Assembly: GCA_004764695.1 (NCBI GenBank)
Contig: SMSO01000007.1
Coordinates: 434,001 to 498,000, forward strand
DNA: 64,000 nucleotides
Direction: 5' to 3'
DNA from: Schizochytrium sp. TIO01
Taxonomy: Eukaryota > Protista > Bigyra: Labyrinthulomycetes
In this document: positions 31,501 through 43,653 of the stretch, piece by piece
Position numbering within the stretch: position 1 is the stretch's first letter
Layout: every line of letters starts with the position of its first letter
Program-made: the position numbers and the translations under genes
Notes under the pieces: generated by a model
The model's input: the letters and a program-made list of their open reading frames with translations, nothing else
The model's database searches: none
Told to the model about the DNA's origin: nothing

Positions 31501-34500
31501 CAAAACATTCTGCTTCGACTTCAACTTGTTTGCCTGTCCGCTAGTTGGTGGCCCAGATGCACGCTGGTGACAGCGCTTCAATTTACAGGGGCCTCGATCT
31601 TTTCCAGCTGTCCGACGTTAACCGCATCAGTGGTTCCCTAATAGTAATACGAAGTCTTCTGTAGAAAGGGTGGACGAGGAGGACTAGGTGGCACTATACT
31701 AAGAGGTTGTAACGGTAGTCCTTACATAAGAGACTGCTACGAGCATGGCCTTTTTCGCCACGTGAACTAAACGGAGCGTAATCTAGGCTGCTAGATCAAC
31801 GAAAGCTTCTTCAGATGATTGGGTGCGCGAGACCGAAGCGACAAGAAACGCCATTGCGACAAGCGCTTCATCTTGTGATGGGTGCGAGGCAGGTATGAAA
31901 GAACGAGAAGCAATGAATTTACAGGTTTCCGCTTGAAGTATTGTGGAATACAGCACAGTACAGCACAGTAAGGTTGGCCGATGCAACTTCAAAGGAAGTT
32001 CATTGCTTGCACAGCCTGGACCGGGTCTGGCCGAGAAGGTATCGGTTTGGGAACGGACCTCAGCAATCATAAAAACTCACCATCCAAATTATAGAATGTT
32101 CGTCACCAGTATCAAATGTTCGATATTTTACCCTGCTTCGACGAAGCATCCAGGATTCGAACAACTTTAAGCACCACAGAGACTTCTGCGCATCACTTTG
32201 TTAACTCGAATTCGAGGCAAGATCTTTATGAATGTTTCGCCTTTGGCAGAGATCCTCATGTAAATGTGGTGATATTTTCGCACTTTACTGTGATTAGGAG
32301 GTCGACCTTAGCAGCTCAACCGCAAATGCAAAGTTCAACTTGGAGTTGGCCGATTCATAACTCAATATAGCATGAATTCAGATTCTTTGCAAAAGCATCA
32401 ATGGTTGCTCTCTTGTTGCTGTGAAGACTCCAAAACTGCTCCTCGAGTTATACCTTTTCTATCGCATATGGCTCCATTGTTTCAGCCAAATGAAAACAAA
32501 ATAAATGAAGCAGTTTATGTAATTATTTAGAAATCGTGTCACCGCAATTTAACCCCCCTTCGAATTTGCGCTTGTTCTACTCTTCTCAGCCAATGGCGTA
32601 GCCACAAGGCAACAAATTGAATAAATATATTTCATTGTATAGCTGGAGCTTTCTTTTAGGGAGTAGAAGAAAAGAAAAGAAAAGGTATTCAAAGTTTCAA
32701 TATAGTTCCCAGTTTTTGTAGTTAGAAGCAAAAATCCTTGAGAGATTTGGAAAAGAAGAAAAAAAAAGGAACCGACGAGACTTTCAAAAGACCCTCTCAT
32801 GCTGCAATGAAGTTTGTAGCGGTGATTTAGGCGTATCTGCAAGTGCAACTTCGTGATTATCAACGTCATCTCAAGCAGGTCCATTTAATGTTCATCTTTT
32901 TTTTTGTGGTGATCCTTGGAGACTCTGCCTCGCAGGTTGCTTGTTTAAGGGTAATAGTTGGCAGAAGGTACCGAGGTCATAGCAGTTTACATAAATTTTT
33001 GTTTTATGTTCAATTTTTTAGATTTAAAAATATATGTTGACAGAATACCTTTTCCTTTTTATTTTCCTTTCTCCCCTTAACTTTTCAATTTTTCAATTTT
33101 AAATTAACTTTAATTTTAAAAAATATATACGTAACAAAATACTAAATATTTATGATCATGATAATAATAATAATAATAGTACTAATACTATGAATAATAA
33201 CAAATAATTAAATAGAGCGCCATCTTGAATAGTTAGTTAGAATTCAGACGAAAGGTAGAGACGATCTCACGATGGTTTTCGTTGAATGATGAAAACCAAA
33301 ATGAATCTTGGACTCATTCTGTGCTGAGGCTCTCAGAGGTTCAATCATTCTTTATTGCATTATAGAGTACCTTCTCTTCGTGCCTCCATGTGCTGGACTT
33401 GGAAAAGAGAGGTTTGGAACTCCCTCGGCGACCGTTCGCATTAGTCTTATTTTTTACGGTATATAGGGCTACTCGTTCAGGACACGATTTTTGATTGACC
33501 AATCTCAGTGCATCCCCATCGCTCTATTCCTACTCGCTCAAAAGTATAAACAGCTATGAAACGACAGACAAAGTGGCGGCACGTTCGCAGGCGGCCGCAC
33601 GTTCATTAGATCTAATATGGTGCTTGCACCACTCAGGATATCTATGGTCTCGCTGGGAATGATGTCTCACTCTAGCATCTCATTACCAGCACTTGCCGTT
33701 TTTTCCTTTTCACTTTTTTGTTTTTGTTTTGTTGTTTCGTTTGGTGCTACAAGTGAGTGGTTTGAAGATCAGATCTTGAAAATCTGTGGAGTCTAAATTT
33801 GTCAATCCAAGCATATTTAGTCAAGTTGACCGGGGCCAAGTCAAATCGCATGGAGAGAGCAATGACGTAGATCCTGCGAGGGCTTCCGATGGGTATTTTC
33901 ACCAAAAAAAGTTTGCTTGCGTCGGTGAAAGATCGAAAAGCGAGCACTGCCCAGCTCGATCCGCTGCTCCGAGCGAGCGAGCATCTGCGCCGGCTACCGG
34001 TTGTAGAGGTATTATTAGTCTATTCGTAAACTCACTCACTCGCTAGATGCAATGGTGCCTGAATGAATGACAAAACGAGAAATTTGCGTTGGTTGATTGG
34101 CTGATGGATGGAAATTACTCGCTGTTAGTTGTTTTGGTTGTTCGGCTGTTTGTTGATTTCGCAGTGAGTTTTGATTACATTCCCTGTCGAATAAGGTAAT
34201 GGTCTTCAGAAAGCTCTAGGTACCTACCTACCTTTCTACCTACCTTCCTACCACTCGGTAGCACTAATTCCTTCAACTGATCGGGCTATTTACAAGTGCA
34301 GCTGTTTTGGGATCTTGATTGTCACCTCGAGCTGCTTGTCAACGAGGCTGCTATGTTTGAAGTTGTTTGCTAGCACTCGCTACGTATAATTATTTTGTGG
34401 CGGTGTGTTATATTTTCCAAAGCGATTGTTCGCTTATTGGAAAAAACAAAATAAAAGGAAACATTTATTGTTGTTCTTGTCCTCATTTCTTCGGGCAGAG

Positions 34501-36535
34501 CAGAGCGCTCGCTCAGACATGAAAATGGGTGACGCGAGGTGCAGGTCTGCGGATTCATGCAAACACGCTGTTGACAAGAATGCTCGATCGACGTGCGCAT
34601 AGCGTCCCCAAGCGATGCAAGTTGATTGGTAGAGAGCTTGAGCACCACACAAAAACTAAGGAATAAGTGGCCCTGATTTGTTTTTACTCATTTACACATT
34701 TTATTTTATTTTCGCATTCTTATAATTTATCTTCCTAGGCCTACTTCGTTTTTATCCACCATTGCACAAAATCTTGTTAGTAAAAGTAGATAAACAACCT
34801 GTTTGTGTGCCAGGAGAGTGGAAGTTTGCCTTTCTACAATTATTGATTGTCTATTTTACAAAATCGGGTCAACCACTCCATTGGTTACCAGCAGCGGCAC
34901 TTTTTCTTCTTTTAAATCATTTTTGTTATCCACCAAGCTTTTCATATCTAGGTAGGCAGTTTTTTTCCGCACCAGTTTGAGAAAAAACAATACTAGATCT
35001 AAGGCTATCGATTATCATCTTCATTCGTTCCCAGGATATACGCAAACATGTGGTTTGGATTTCCCATTTGTTCTACGGTATCTTCTATTTCCTTTTTTTT
35101 TAATTTTAAAACGAACAGAAAGATATCACAGTTAGAAAGAGTGAAAATGCGAACACGCTTGGCAGTAGGACAACGGCTTGAGTTAGCTTGGCCTGCACCG
35201 CGTCTCCGATCGGCGCTACTTCTACCCAAAAAAATCACACCTCGGGCAGGTCATTCATCCATTCTCCATTCACAACGTTTCCTCAAGTCTCGACTTGGAT
35301 CATGGAATGTAGTACTCCACGCTCGCGCTTCCCGGCAAGCAGCTCTTGCAATGCCCCTGTACAACAGTTGAACAAAAGAAATCACAGCAAATCATCATGC
35401 GGCACGTGTGGAGCAGCACTTGCAGCGCATGCAGGCAGGCAGCATCACCCTCAATTCCGAGCCTCTTTCCTATTCGTGTTCCCAGTTTGTGCCTATCGAA
35501 TCGTGACCTCCGCTTGAAGCGCTGCCGCGGCTGCCCAGGTACTCACTTGTCAGTCAGCGATCCTTGCGAGGGGTAAGTAAGATTGGAACCGAGTTGAACC
35601 TGGCCTCCAAGCCGTCCTTGGAACTGCCGGCACCTGCACGAGCCTTCGCGTGCCAAGGAAAAAACAGCAAAACACATGAGCCATACACCTGTTTGCACCC
35701 ATTAGGCCTCGCGAGGCCTACAACCAATCGTTTGATCACTATTACTGGCGAGAGCCTGTACACCCGTGCATCGAGTGTAGCATGGCACGCGCGGCGGACC
35801 AAGCTGCTGCAAAGTATCAGTGCAAACGGAGTTCAAGTGTATTGGCGAACCAAGCTATAACGCCTTAGTAAGTTAACTGTAACTGCTGGCGGCCATGTGC
35901 ACAACAACAGCAAGCAAGAATAGCACTGAGTGATTAATGATGAAATTACACTCCAGCATGGCAACCAGGAGCTCCCTAATAGAAAAGAGGAGTCTAACCG
36001 CTCGGCCAAACGCGTCGAGGTCATCTCCTGTACCGCTGTTGGTAAGGTTTGGGTACCTATTTGCTCGTAGAGCCCCGAGCGATTAAGCCCTTAAAAAGTC
36101 TTTCAAAGGTCGCGTGTGACCATCCATGATTTTCGCTTCGAAACCTTGCATGTCTATACTTTAGAGAGCAAGCTCTGACACAAGTGGAAGAGGCTTCAGA
36201 TATTTAGATAATCCCGACCCGTCATGGCCATGAACTGGACGAAATGCAGCGCTGCCCAAGCCTACAATCCTCTGTTGAATTGTTCGTTGTCATGACCAAT
36301 AGGCCTATTTATTAAGACAGCAGAGCAAAGGGCCACTTTTTACTAGGTAGACGTAAAGATTTTGTAGAAACTAAAGACCACAGAAAAGGCTCACAGCACC
36401 TCTTGCAAGCGTGTGCCTGCCCAGAAATACCTGGCCGTAGAGCTCCACCCTGACGGTTGCCCCTTTTCACTGAACCTACTTAATCAGCACCAACCAAACG
36501 CAGTGCCAAAGGTTTGAGCGTGACAAGTGGCAGCC

Positions 36536-37420
36536 ATGGCAGACATCGGGCTGCGCAAGGCGCACCACGAGACCACAGAAGCTGGCGTTACGGAGACAGA
36601 TTATAATGAAGAGGCTCAACAGGAGTGCACACCGTTTCAAGTGCTTCTTCTGAAAGATGAATCAATACCCTGCAAATACCAGACTGCTCTGACGCCACGC
36701 GGCGGCGAGGTTCTCTACTGCCCGGTCCTCAGCTTTGAGTTTGTGAGCGGTGCGGAAGGCCGTGTGCAAGCCGCGTTGCAGGCTGCTTCTAACGAAGGTA
36801 AGGAGGTTGCTGTCGTGGTAACAAGCCCAAGATCCGCAGAAGTGGCCGCAAGAGCTGTACCACTTGAATTCCAACCCCAGCCGGATCAGTGGTTTGCTGT
36901 AGGTGAAGAAACAGCAACCCGTCTTGGACGCGATGATGATTCAATTCAAGGCGCTCAGTCTGGGTCTGCTCAGGTTCTGCTGCCCGAAATCAAAGCGTGG
37001 TTTGCAGAGAAGGAGGACTCGAGGCAAGTAATTTTCTTATGTGGCAACCTCCGGCGCGACACCATTCCCAATGGTCTTAAGGAGGCTGGCATTCCAATGG
37101 TCGAGATTGAGGTCTACCGCACAATCCCAGACCCCAACCCTGACCTGCCACCCTCCTGGACTACGACAGCACCTGGTGAACATCGCTTTGTAGTCTTTTT
37201 CAGCCCAAGCGGTGTCTCCTGCATTTCGAACTTACCTACTGAAAGCTCCCTCGCCTCTGATGTGCGAATTGTTGCGATTGGTAAAACCTCGGCCGCAAGT
37301 CTAGAGGCAGACGCGCCGCATATTCTTGAGAAAGCATCTCAAGAGTCTCTACTGGTGTGCGCCAAACCTTCTCCTGATGGCCTTCTCGCTGTTATTCAAG
37401 AGTCTTTGTCAGAGTCTTGA
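36536..37420 (+). CDS. UROS: Uroporphyrinogen-III synthase (HemD/HEM4), about 294 aa
   Basis: Family motifs PVLSFEF, VVVTSPRSAE, FAVGEETA, FLCGNLRRDTIP..L..G.....EVYRT, VFFSPSGV, VAIGKTSA and KPSPDGL. First ATG at 36536. Confidence 0.92.
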   Translation: MADIGLRKAHHETTEAGVTETDYNEEAQQECTPFQVLLLKDESIPCKYQTALTPRGGEVLYCPVLSFEFVSGAEGRVQAALQAASNEGKEVAVVVTSPRSAEVAARAVPLEFQPQPDQWFAVGEETATRLGRDDDSIQGAQSGSAQVLLPEIKAWFAEKEDSRQVIFLCGNLRRDTIPNGLKEAGIPMVEIEVYRTIPDPNPDLPPSWTTTAPGEHRFVVFFSPSGVSCISNLPTESSLASDVRIVAIGKTSAASLEADAPHILEKASQESLLVCAKPSPDGLLAVIQESLSES

Positions 37421-38129
37421 TAAGCAATGAGCAAAACCTCTACTGCTTGCATGGCAATGTGTGGCATACGTCTCAGTTACACTAAGATAGTTGTTGATAG
37501 TAATATAAAGATGAAGCCAATGATAATGCGATTCATTTAATCAATCTTCTGATTTGTTTCCGTATTTATCAAGTGGCATCACACACACTCCTGAAGGTAA
37601 ATACCTAAAGGTACTGCTAGTAAAGTATATATTAAACAGATACGATAGTCTAAGATTCATCTCCTTACATACGATACATGAATTGTTGCTTGTCTGTACA
37701 TAGATATAGGGGGGTCTCATCAATTATATACAGCATAGTCGGGCAGTTTGAATCATCTAAATTAAGTGACTGCTATTTTCCTGGATCTTTCTGCCGATGA
37801 CTTGCAGCGAAATGAGCGAGTTTCCCACAAACAAGTAATGAGGTAGAGATTTTATATAATACCATAAGTATGTATACAATTTGAAGAGAAAACGATAGAA
37901 TTGCAACTTTGGAAAATGGAACTTTAAAAACGAGTGCATAAGGCAATATACAAGTAATCTCAAGATCATCAAAACATGGTCATTTTATGAGGAAGTGAGT
38001 CAAACAGATGGCTAGTGATACGGCAAAAAGGAAAGTGTGGAAAAGGGGTTTTAAAACGATGCTGTTCGTAGTGAGAAAGGTGACTCACTTGGAGCACAAA
38101 GTCTCTTGAGCATTGCAACAACTCTAAAT

Positions 38130-39872
38130 CTAGTGATCACAATATCCAAGAGAGAACTCCCGCGTTACAACATCCTTGTCAAAAACGACAGAAGGCAAGA
38201 GTTTCATGAATCGATGCAAAATGTATCCTGTCAACCCCCAAATGACACGATCCTTGGGTGCATCCTTTTCACGGAAGACGGGCGGAGAATAGTCCCGCAC
38301 GACCCAGTTATCCTGGTCCAAAAGGGCGCTCACAGGAACCGTGAAGAAGTCCCGCACCTCATCAGGGTTGGGATCCAGCTTGAGCTCCTCAAAAGCACCC
38401 AAGTATCCTACCACAGGTGTAACTGCCACGCCAGTAATAGCTGCCAACTCGGACCAGTCACTCCGGAGAATACCAAGCACATTTACGGCCCCACGAGGGA
38501 TGCCAACCTCCTCATGCAATTCGCGGAGGCCCGTATCAACCACGCTCTTGTCTGTGTCATCAATCATGCCACCAGGAAAACAAACCTCTCCCTTGTGGCG
38601 ATTGATATTATGCGAGCGCTGTGTGAACAAGATAGACGGCACGTTACGCACATGACAGAGTGGCACGATAACTGAAGCGCGCTTGCGAGCTCGGCTTGAG
38701 ATTTCTCTCGGAAGACGATTGAGGCGTTTGCGAAGCCGATTAAGAACCTCAGGGTGAAAAAGCCCGCCCTCTCGAAAGTCTGGGAGCACATAATCGTGTG
38801 CATCATTGGGCACGGCGAGCTCCTCGCCCATGCTAAACTCGCGTTCTGGGTTGTCCGGGTCCCAGCGATCCATATTTGCCTCACGATAATGCGACCTTGC
38901 CAGAGACATATTTGCATACGGAGAAAGCAGATCCCTCGCAGCCTGGAGTGCCTCTGGACTGATCTGGTCATTACTAGCGCACACAATTGATGCACACTCG
39001 GCCAAGACCTCCTCGCGGTCTCTCAAAGCACGTGCAAGTGCCGGTGCCGTATAATGGTTTACCAGAGCGTCAAGATCGTCGGCCTTACGACCCGACACGA
39101 AGCTACCTCGAAACCCAGAGTCATCAGTTTTGTCAAGCCATGCTACAAGGCGGTCCACCATGATGTCCTTGAAGTCTGCCTCGCGCTCCTTTGCAGATCC
39201 TGCTTGGAGGTTCGCTTGAAGGCTCGCTTTTCGCTCAAGCCTCGGCCTAAACTCCCGCTGAAGTCCATCTTTGCCATCTTCTTGGTCTTCATTGACCATT
39301 GTGCGATCGTCAACACCAAGAGCGGCGCCTTCTGGTCCAGCAAGTTCGAGGTCTTCATCAACTTTAGAACTTGCTGAAGTCGAAAATGTTGAAGATATTG
39401 GGGATTCTAATTTCATTGACGCAGTTGATGTTGAACTTGAGGATGAAGATGAAGATGAAAATGAGCCTGGAGAAGCTTCAGAGGGGGCTGAAGAAGAGGA
39501 AGAGGCCGACGAAAGATTAGCAGAAGAAGCAGTGGAAGATGACGCCGAGGGAATAGATGAAGCAATCGGGTGGAGTTTGCTGACTGCAGCAGCCTCCTTA
39601 CGTTTGAGAGCGGCAGCAGTCTCATGGCTATCAGCGGATATGGAATCCGCCATGCGTAGAGAGCCTGCAGGAGGAGGAGGCTCTGTGCGAGCAGGTCGGC
39701 CTTTGGAGATCGAATCGGAGGTCTTCCCGCGGGAAATGACCGTCGCCACACCAGGCCTGGTGGCCTTTACGAGCAGCGGGGAGATAGAGTTCGATGCATC
39801 AGGCAACAGGGAGCTTGGCAGGCCAGCCCGGCCTGCCGCGAGCGCCCTGGTAAGCCCACGACGCGACAGCAT
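38130..39872 (-). CDS. NUDT8: Nudix hydrolase, CoA-pyrophosphatase subfamily (NUDT7/NUDT8/PCD1-like), probable mitochondrial presequence, about 580 aa
   Basis: RASVIVPLC...ILFTQRS...HKGEVCFPGG (CoA-diphosphatase motif) followed by the Nudix box GMIDDTDKSVVDTGLRELHEEVG, then VTPVVG, NPDEV and IWGLTG. The N-terminus MLSRRGLTRALAAGR is Arg-rich and acid-free. Confidence 0.88.
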   Translation of the reverse strand: MLSRRGLTRALAAGRAGLPSSLLPDASNSISPLLVKATRPGVATVISRGKTSDSISKGRPARTEPPPPAGSLRMADSISADSHETAAALKRKEAAAVSKLHPIASSIPSASSSTASSANLSSASSSSSAPSEASPGSFSSSSSSSSSTSTASMKLESPISSTFSTSASSKVDEDLELAGPEGAALGVDDRTMVNEDQEDGKDGLQREFRPRLERKASLQANLQAGSAKEREADFKDIMVDRLVAWLDKTDDSGFRGSFVSGRKADDLDALVNHYTAPALARALRDREEVLAECASIVCASNDQISPEALQAARDLLSPYANMSLARSHYREANMDRWDPDNPEREFSMGEELAVPNDAHDYVLPDFREGGLFHPEVLNRLRKRLNRLPREISSRARKRASVIVPLCHVRNVPSILFTQRSHNINRHKGEVCFPGGMIDDTDKSVVDTGLRELHEEVGIPRGAVNVLGILRSDWSELAAITGVAVTPVVGYLGAFEELKLDPNPDEVRDFFTVPVSALLDQDNWVVRDYSPPVFREKDAPKDRVIWGLTGYILHRFMKLLPSVVFDKDVVTREFSLGYCDH

Positions 39873-42444
39873 CGGCGAGATCTGCAAGGCTTGGCGTCTG
39901 GCGGTGGCCGTTCCCACGCACGAACCGCCTGGAAGCTTTCATCAAACTAGTATCTAAACCTCGGAAGCACGTTCCGGCAAGATTGGAGTTCCGCGTCAAA
40001 ACCTGCGCAGTTCAACCCAACATCTCAGGTCCTGAAGCTGGACTGCTCGAGGACTGCCTGTCGAGCTTGAGAGCCTTGGCTGATTAGCTTTTGCTTCAGA
40101 CTCAAGGCCGCGACACCTCAAGAACCATCGGAAGGGGACCATATGTACGCCCACGACGTCGTTCGGAGTAACTCTGAGAGCTAGATTCGCCGGTTTTATC
40201 ATAAGGGTTATACGAGCGCGTGTTCTGTTTGAAGTTTCGCCGAATTAGGGAACGGAACGGATTTGAACCGCGCCGGAGCAATGGGGACCGCCATTTTGGG
40301 GCCAGCAGAATGGGTAAAAGTATGCGAAGTTGCATACGGTCAAACGGGTATTAGTATGCTGAGTGGAGAACTTGGGACATGGAAGGGTCATAAGTGAACA
40401 ACGGAGACATGGAGAAGAATACGATGGTCCGACAAAGGTCTGGGTTTGGGGAGATGGCGCAGAGGGTTAAATATGGAAATGGTTGAAACTGGAGATACTA
40501 GAGAAGCCTCGGCTTTTAGAAATGATTTTTGCATCTTGGGAGATCAAAATATGAAAGGGTCGGGATGAAATTGGGTGGCTGCGGTGACGCTGGTGAAATG
40601 GAAACGAAGAAAGCGGTCGAAGTGACCAGAAAGAATTCAGCAGCAGCGTGCGCATAAGCATAAGGGGTGCCAAAAGGAACAAACGTGAAAGCTATATAGA
40701 AAAGGGAATGTGAGAAGAAAAGAAAAAAAGATCATTTACAGAGTTGCTGCACGATTTTGTATTTGTTAAAGGAGATACTACGAGGAAGGGCAGGTGCATG
40801 AATAAAAAGACAGTGTCATATTGAAGTGGTGATTTCCATCAGAAAGGTGTATGTTCGGATTAAGCCAGGTTTGTTTTAACTTGTTGAGTGGATTTTTCAG
40901 AATGACAAACAGTAGATAAAACCATTTTCCATTATAAGAAATTGCAAATAGTTATAGTAAAAACAATGTTATGCTTTAAAATAAGAATATAGCATCAGAA
41001 GCCAAACATAGAAGATATCTCTCATTCACCATACAAGTAACTCGTAATGAGTTCTTCTCCTCAGAAACCTAGATTTTTTCGGCTGAGGTCATTTCAAGTT
41101 AGTTGCTATCCAAAACGCAACTAAAGAAAACCATTCCCCATAAACACAAATTTGCAATGGTGCAATAAGAAGAGACAGCTCGATAGAAAAAGAATAAGAT
41201 TAGGATAAAATCTGAGCAACAATTTTTTGTTTTAAATCCCTATACCAATTGGTGATGATTTGTTGTTGCCAAGAATGGAGACAGAGAATATCCTACAAAT
41301 GAAACTACGTAAGTAGAAAGCGGTGAAATCTTTACTTTGTTTTGAAAGTAATAGATCAAAGACCTTACAGTATTTGCATCTCCCAAACATTTAGGCTCTT
41401 TAAAGACTTGGTAGTAGTATGCAAGCACAAGATCTGTTGAGAAGTTGCTAAGAGTGTGTGCGTATGCCGTGCCCCCTTCGCTGTACCTATCAAGACAAAT
41501 AGTAGAATGACTGAAAGTTTAATAGAAATGGCACGAGCCAAGTTTCAGAAATGCCATGAGTACCGTATATCTTGAAAATGACTTGACTTCAACTGATCAT
41601 TCAGAACTCAACCGAAACTATACACATACACCTATTCAACTTTGTTCAGTGCATACTTTCTCCTGGCTCCAGCCTCGCGCTCTAAAGTGTGCCCTTTCAG
41701 TTCAACGTTTGCTTCTTTTCCTCGAGGTTTCACTTGCGCAATTGTGTAGACAGCTACTCTAGGTAACTCATTCATTTCCCTATATTGAGAGGTAATGGCC
41801 ACATAAAGAAGCCTTGAGAACTCTTGTCCATACCAGATTCTGCGTCCAAATTCAGTTTGGTGTACATTATTTATCTGCTGCCGCTCGGTCTTACGCAGAA
41901 GCGTCTTACGTTAATTTGCCCTCTCAAACATGGTTTCCCTAACTATCCAGGCGACTCAAATAGGCCAAGACGGTTGCACGCTCTTCGTTTCACACCAAAC
42001 ATTGCACGAGGCCTCAACAAAGCATTTCTCGGCGACCTCGACAGGCCAAACCGGGCGTGCCGGGACATGTACCATGTCCCCCCAAACGGCCTGCTACATG
42101 ATCATTAAAGTGATCCCTAATCCAAAAGCCACTTCTCTTTGCCAGTAAACCATCATCCACAAAATCAAGAAGAGCTGCCCGTATAGGCCGACGCGGAGGC
42201 CTTGGACCTTGCGCAGGGCGCTCCGAAGAGCCTTGGCCTGGCAGAGGCCGTGACGGATCGGATCCGGAACAGTTCCGCGATCGTGCCGCGGATTGCCAAA
42301 TTGCCATCTTGACAATTTTAGTACCTCAAGCAAACAATCGCGCGATCCTGGCGGTGCGTGTCCAAGCTCTAGGCCAGCAGACCCGCTAGGCTGAGCTTGT
42401 GCGGACGGGGAAGAGGGGTCTGCGACAGTTTGCTGTCAGGAGTC

Positions 42445-43653
42445 ATGGCCAGGGAACCCATGCAAGTTGAAGGGCTGGGAAACTGTAAAGTTGAAGAGCC
42501 CTATTACGAAAAAGGCAAAGCAAGCATCATGGGGGTCTTTGCACAAAGTGGCCATCTGAAAGACAATGGTGACGACTTAGGGATGGAGCGGAGACAGCTT
42601 GAGCAGCAGGCTATTGACCAGCCTGACGAGAGCTCAAGAATCGCTACGATTTGCATTTTAATTGTGGTTCTCGCTGTGGTTCTTGCTGTGATCCTCAGAG
42701 TTCGTCTGCAACGCTTTGCGAGAAAATACCGCCAAGTGCTACGCCAATTCTTCAGTAATAGAACGGACATGGATCATATCTCCATAGAGGAGCTGCAGGA
42801 AATAGAGGAGGCGTTAGCACAGTACCCCTTAGTACCTCATGAAGTGCTTAAGAGGTTGCAGAATCAATCACGCGGAGAGCTTGTGCAAATTCTACTTTTG
42901 TGCGCTTTCCACGGTCTGTCAAACACAACGCGAGAAGTTGCAGCATTGTTAAGGTCTGAGGAGGATGAACTATCATCACACCTTAATAATGCACTGCTCA
43001 TTGCATCTAGTAATGGACGTGTCAACGTTGTGCAAGAACTGCTATTACGCAAGCTTGCAGACGCAAATGCGCGTAGCTCGCACCATAACTCAGCACTAAT
43101 CCTGGCCTCAACCAAAGGTCATACCGACGTAGTCAAATTACTCATGGACACTACGTTCCATGTTGATGTGAATCAAGCGAACTCGTTTCAAGTCACGGCA
43201 CTTGCCAGTGCATCTGAGCAGGGTTTCAATGACATTGTAGACACTCTGCTGCAGCGGCCGGACGTGGATCCTTCCATTAATTTCAATCTTGCTGTACGGC
43301 GTGCAGCACAACGTCGGCATGACAGAATAGTTCTCAAATTGCTTGAAACATCTCCTCGCGCAGAGCTTGCTCTAGCGCCAGTAGATATCGACGCAGCTCC
43401 TTTGCTGCGATATCTTCATTGCGCTGCTCTCGATAATACTCGGCGTGTGTGGCATATTATGAATGCTGATGATTTTGCTGATTTACCTCGCTCTATTCGT
43501 GCCAAAATTATGGGAATGGCATTTGGTTTGGGTGTTGTTCTCATTGGTCCAAATCGCCGTTTTCCAGACATCTTGTTTGAAAGTTTGGCAGATGCTAGCC
43601 ATACGCATGAGCTCCCTTCCAATGCTCGTTTCACATCTACTCACTTAGCCTGA
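42445..43653 (+). CDS. Ankyrin-repeat protein with an N-terminal transmembrane helix, about 402 aa
   Basis: TM helix IATICILIVVLAVVLAVIL followed by RVRLQR. Ankyrin repeats NALLIASSNGRVNVVQELL, SALILASTKGHTDVVKLLM, TALASASEQGFNDIVDTLL and LAVRRAAQRRHDRIVLKLL. The start codon is uncertain. Confidence 0.85.
   Translation: MAREPMQVEGLGNCKVEEPYYEKGKASIMGVFAQSGHLKDNGDDLGMERRQLEQQAIDQPDESSRIATICILIVVLAVVLAVILRVRLQRFARKYRQVLRQFFSNRTDMDHISIEELQEIEEALAQYPLVPHEVLKRLQNQSRGELVQILLLCAFHGLSNTTREVAALLRSEEDELSSHLNNALLIASSNGRVNVVQELLLRKLADANARSSHHNSALILASTKGHTDVVKLLMDTTFHVDVNQANSFQVTALASASEQGFNDIVDTLLQRPDVDPSINFNLAVRRAAQRRHDRIVLKLLETSPRAELALAPVDIDAAPLLRYLHCAALDNTRRVWHIMNADDFADLPRSIRAKIMGMAFGLGVVLIGPNRRFPDILFESLADASHTHELPSNARFTSTHLA

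Noticed and set aside
35700-35860. DHYYW...CIEC peptide reminiscent of a retroelement integrase zinc finger
   Set aside because: The spacing is wrong, and no adjacent RT, RNase H, integrase core or LTRs were seen.
39271-39957. 228-aa acidic plus-strand ORF (likewise the 259-aa alternative-frame ORF at 12299-13078)
   Set aside because: Antisense or alternative-frame overlaps of well-supported genes.
40240-40320. GGTTCAAATCC B-box-like motif on the minus strand suggesting a tRNA
   Set aside because: No acceptor, D or anticodon stems could be folded around it.
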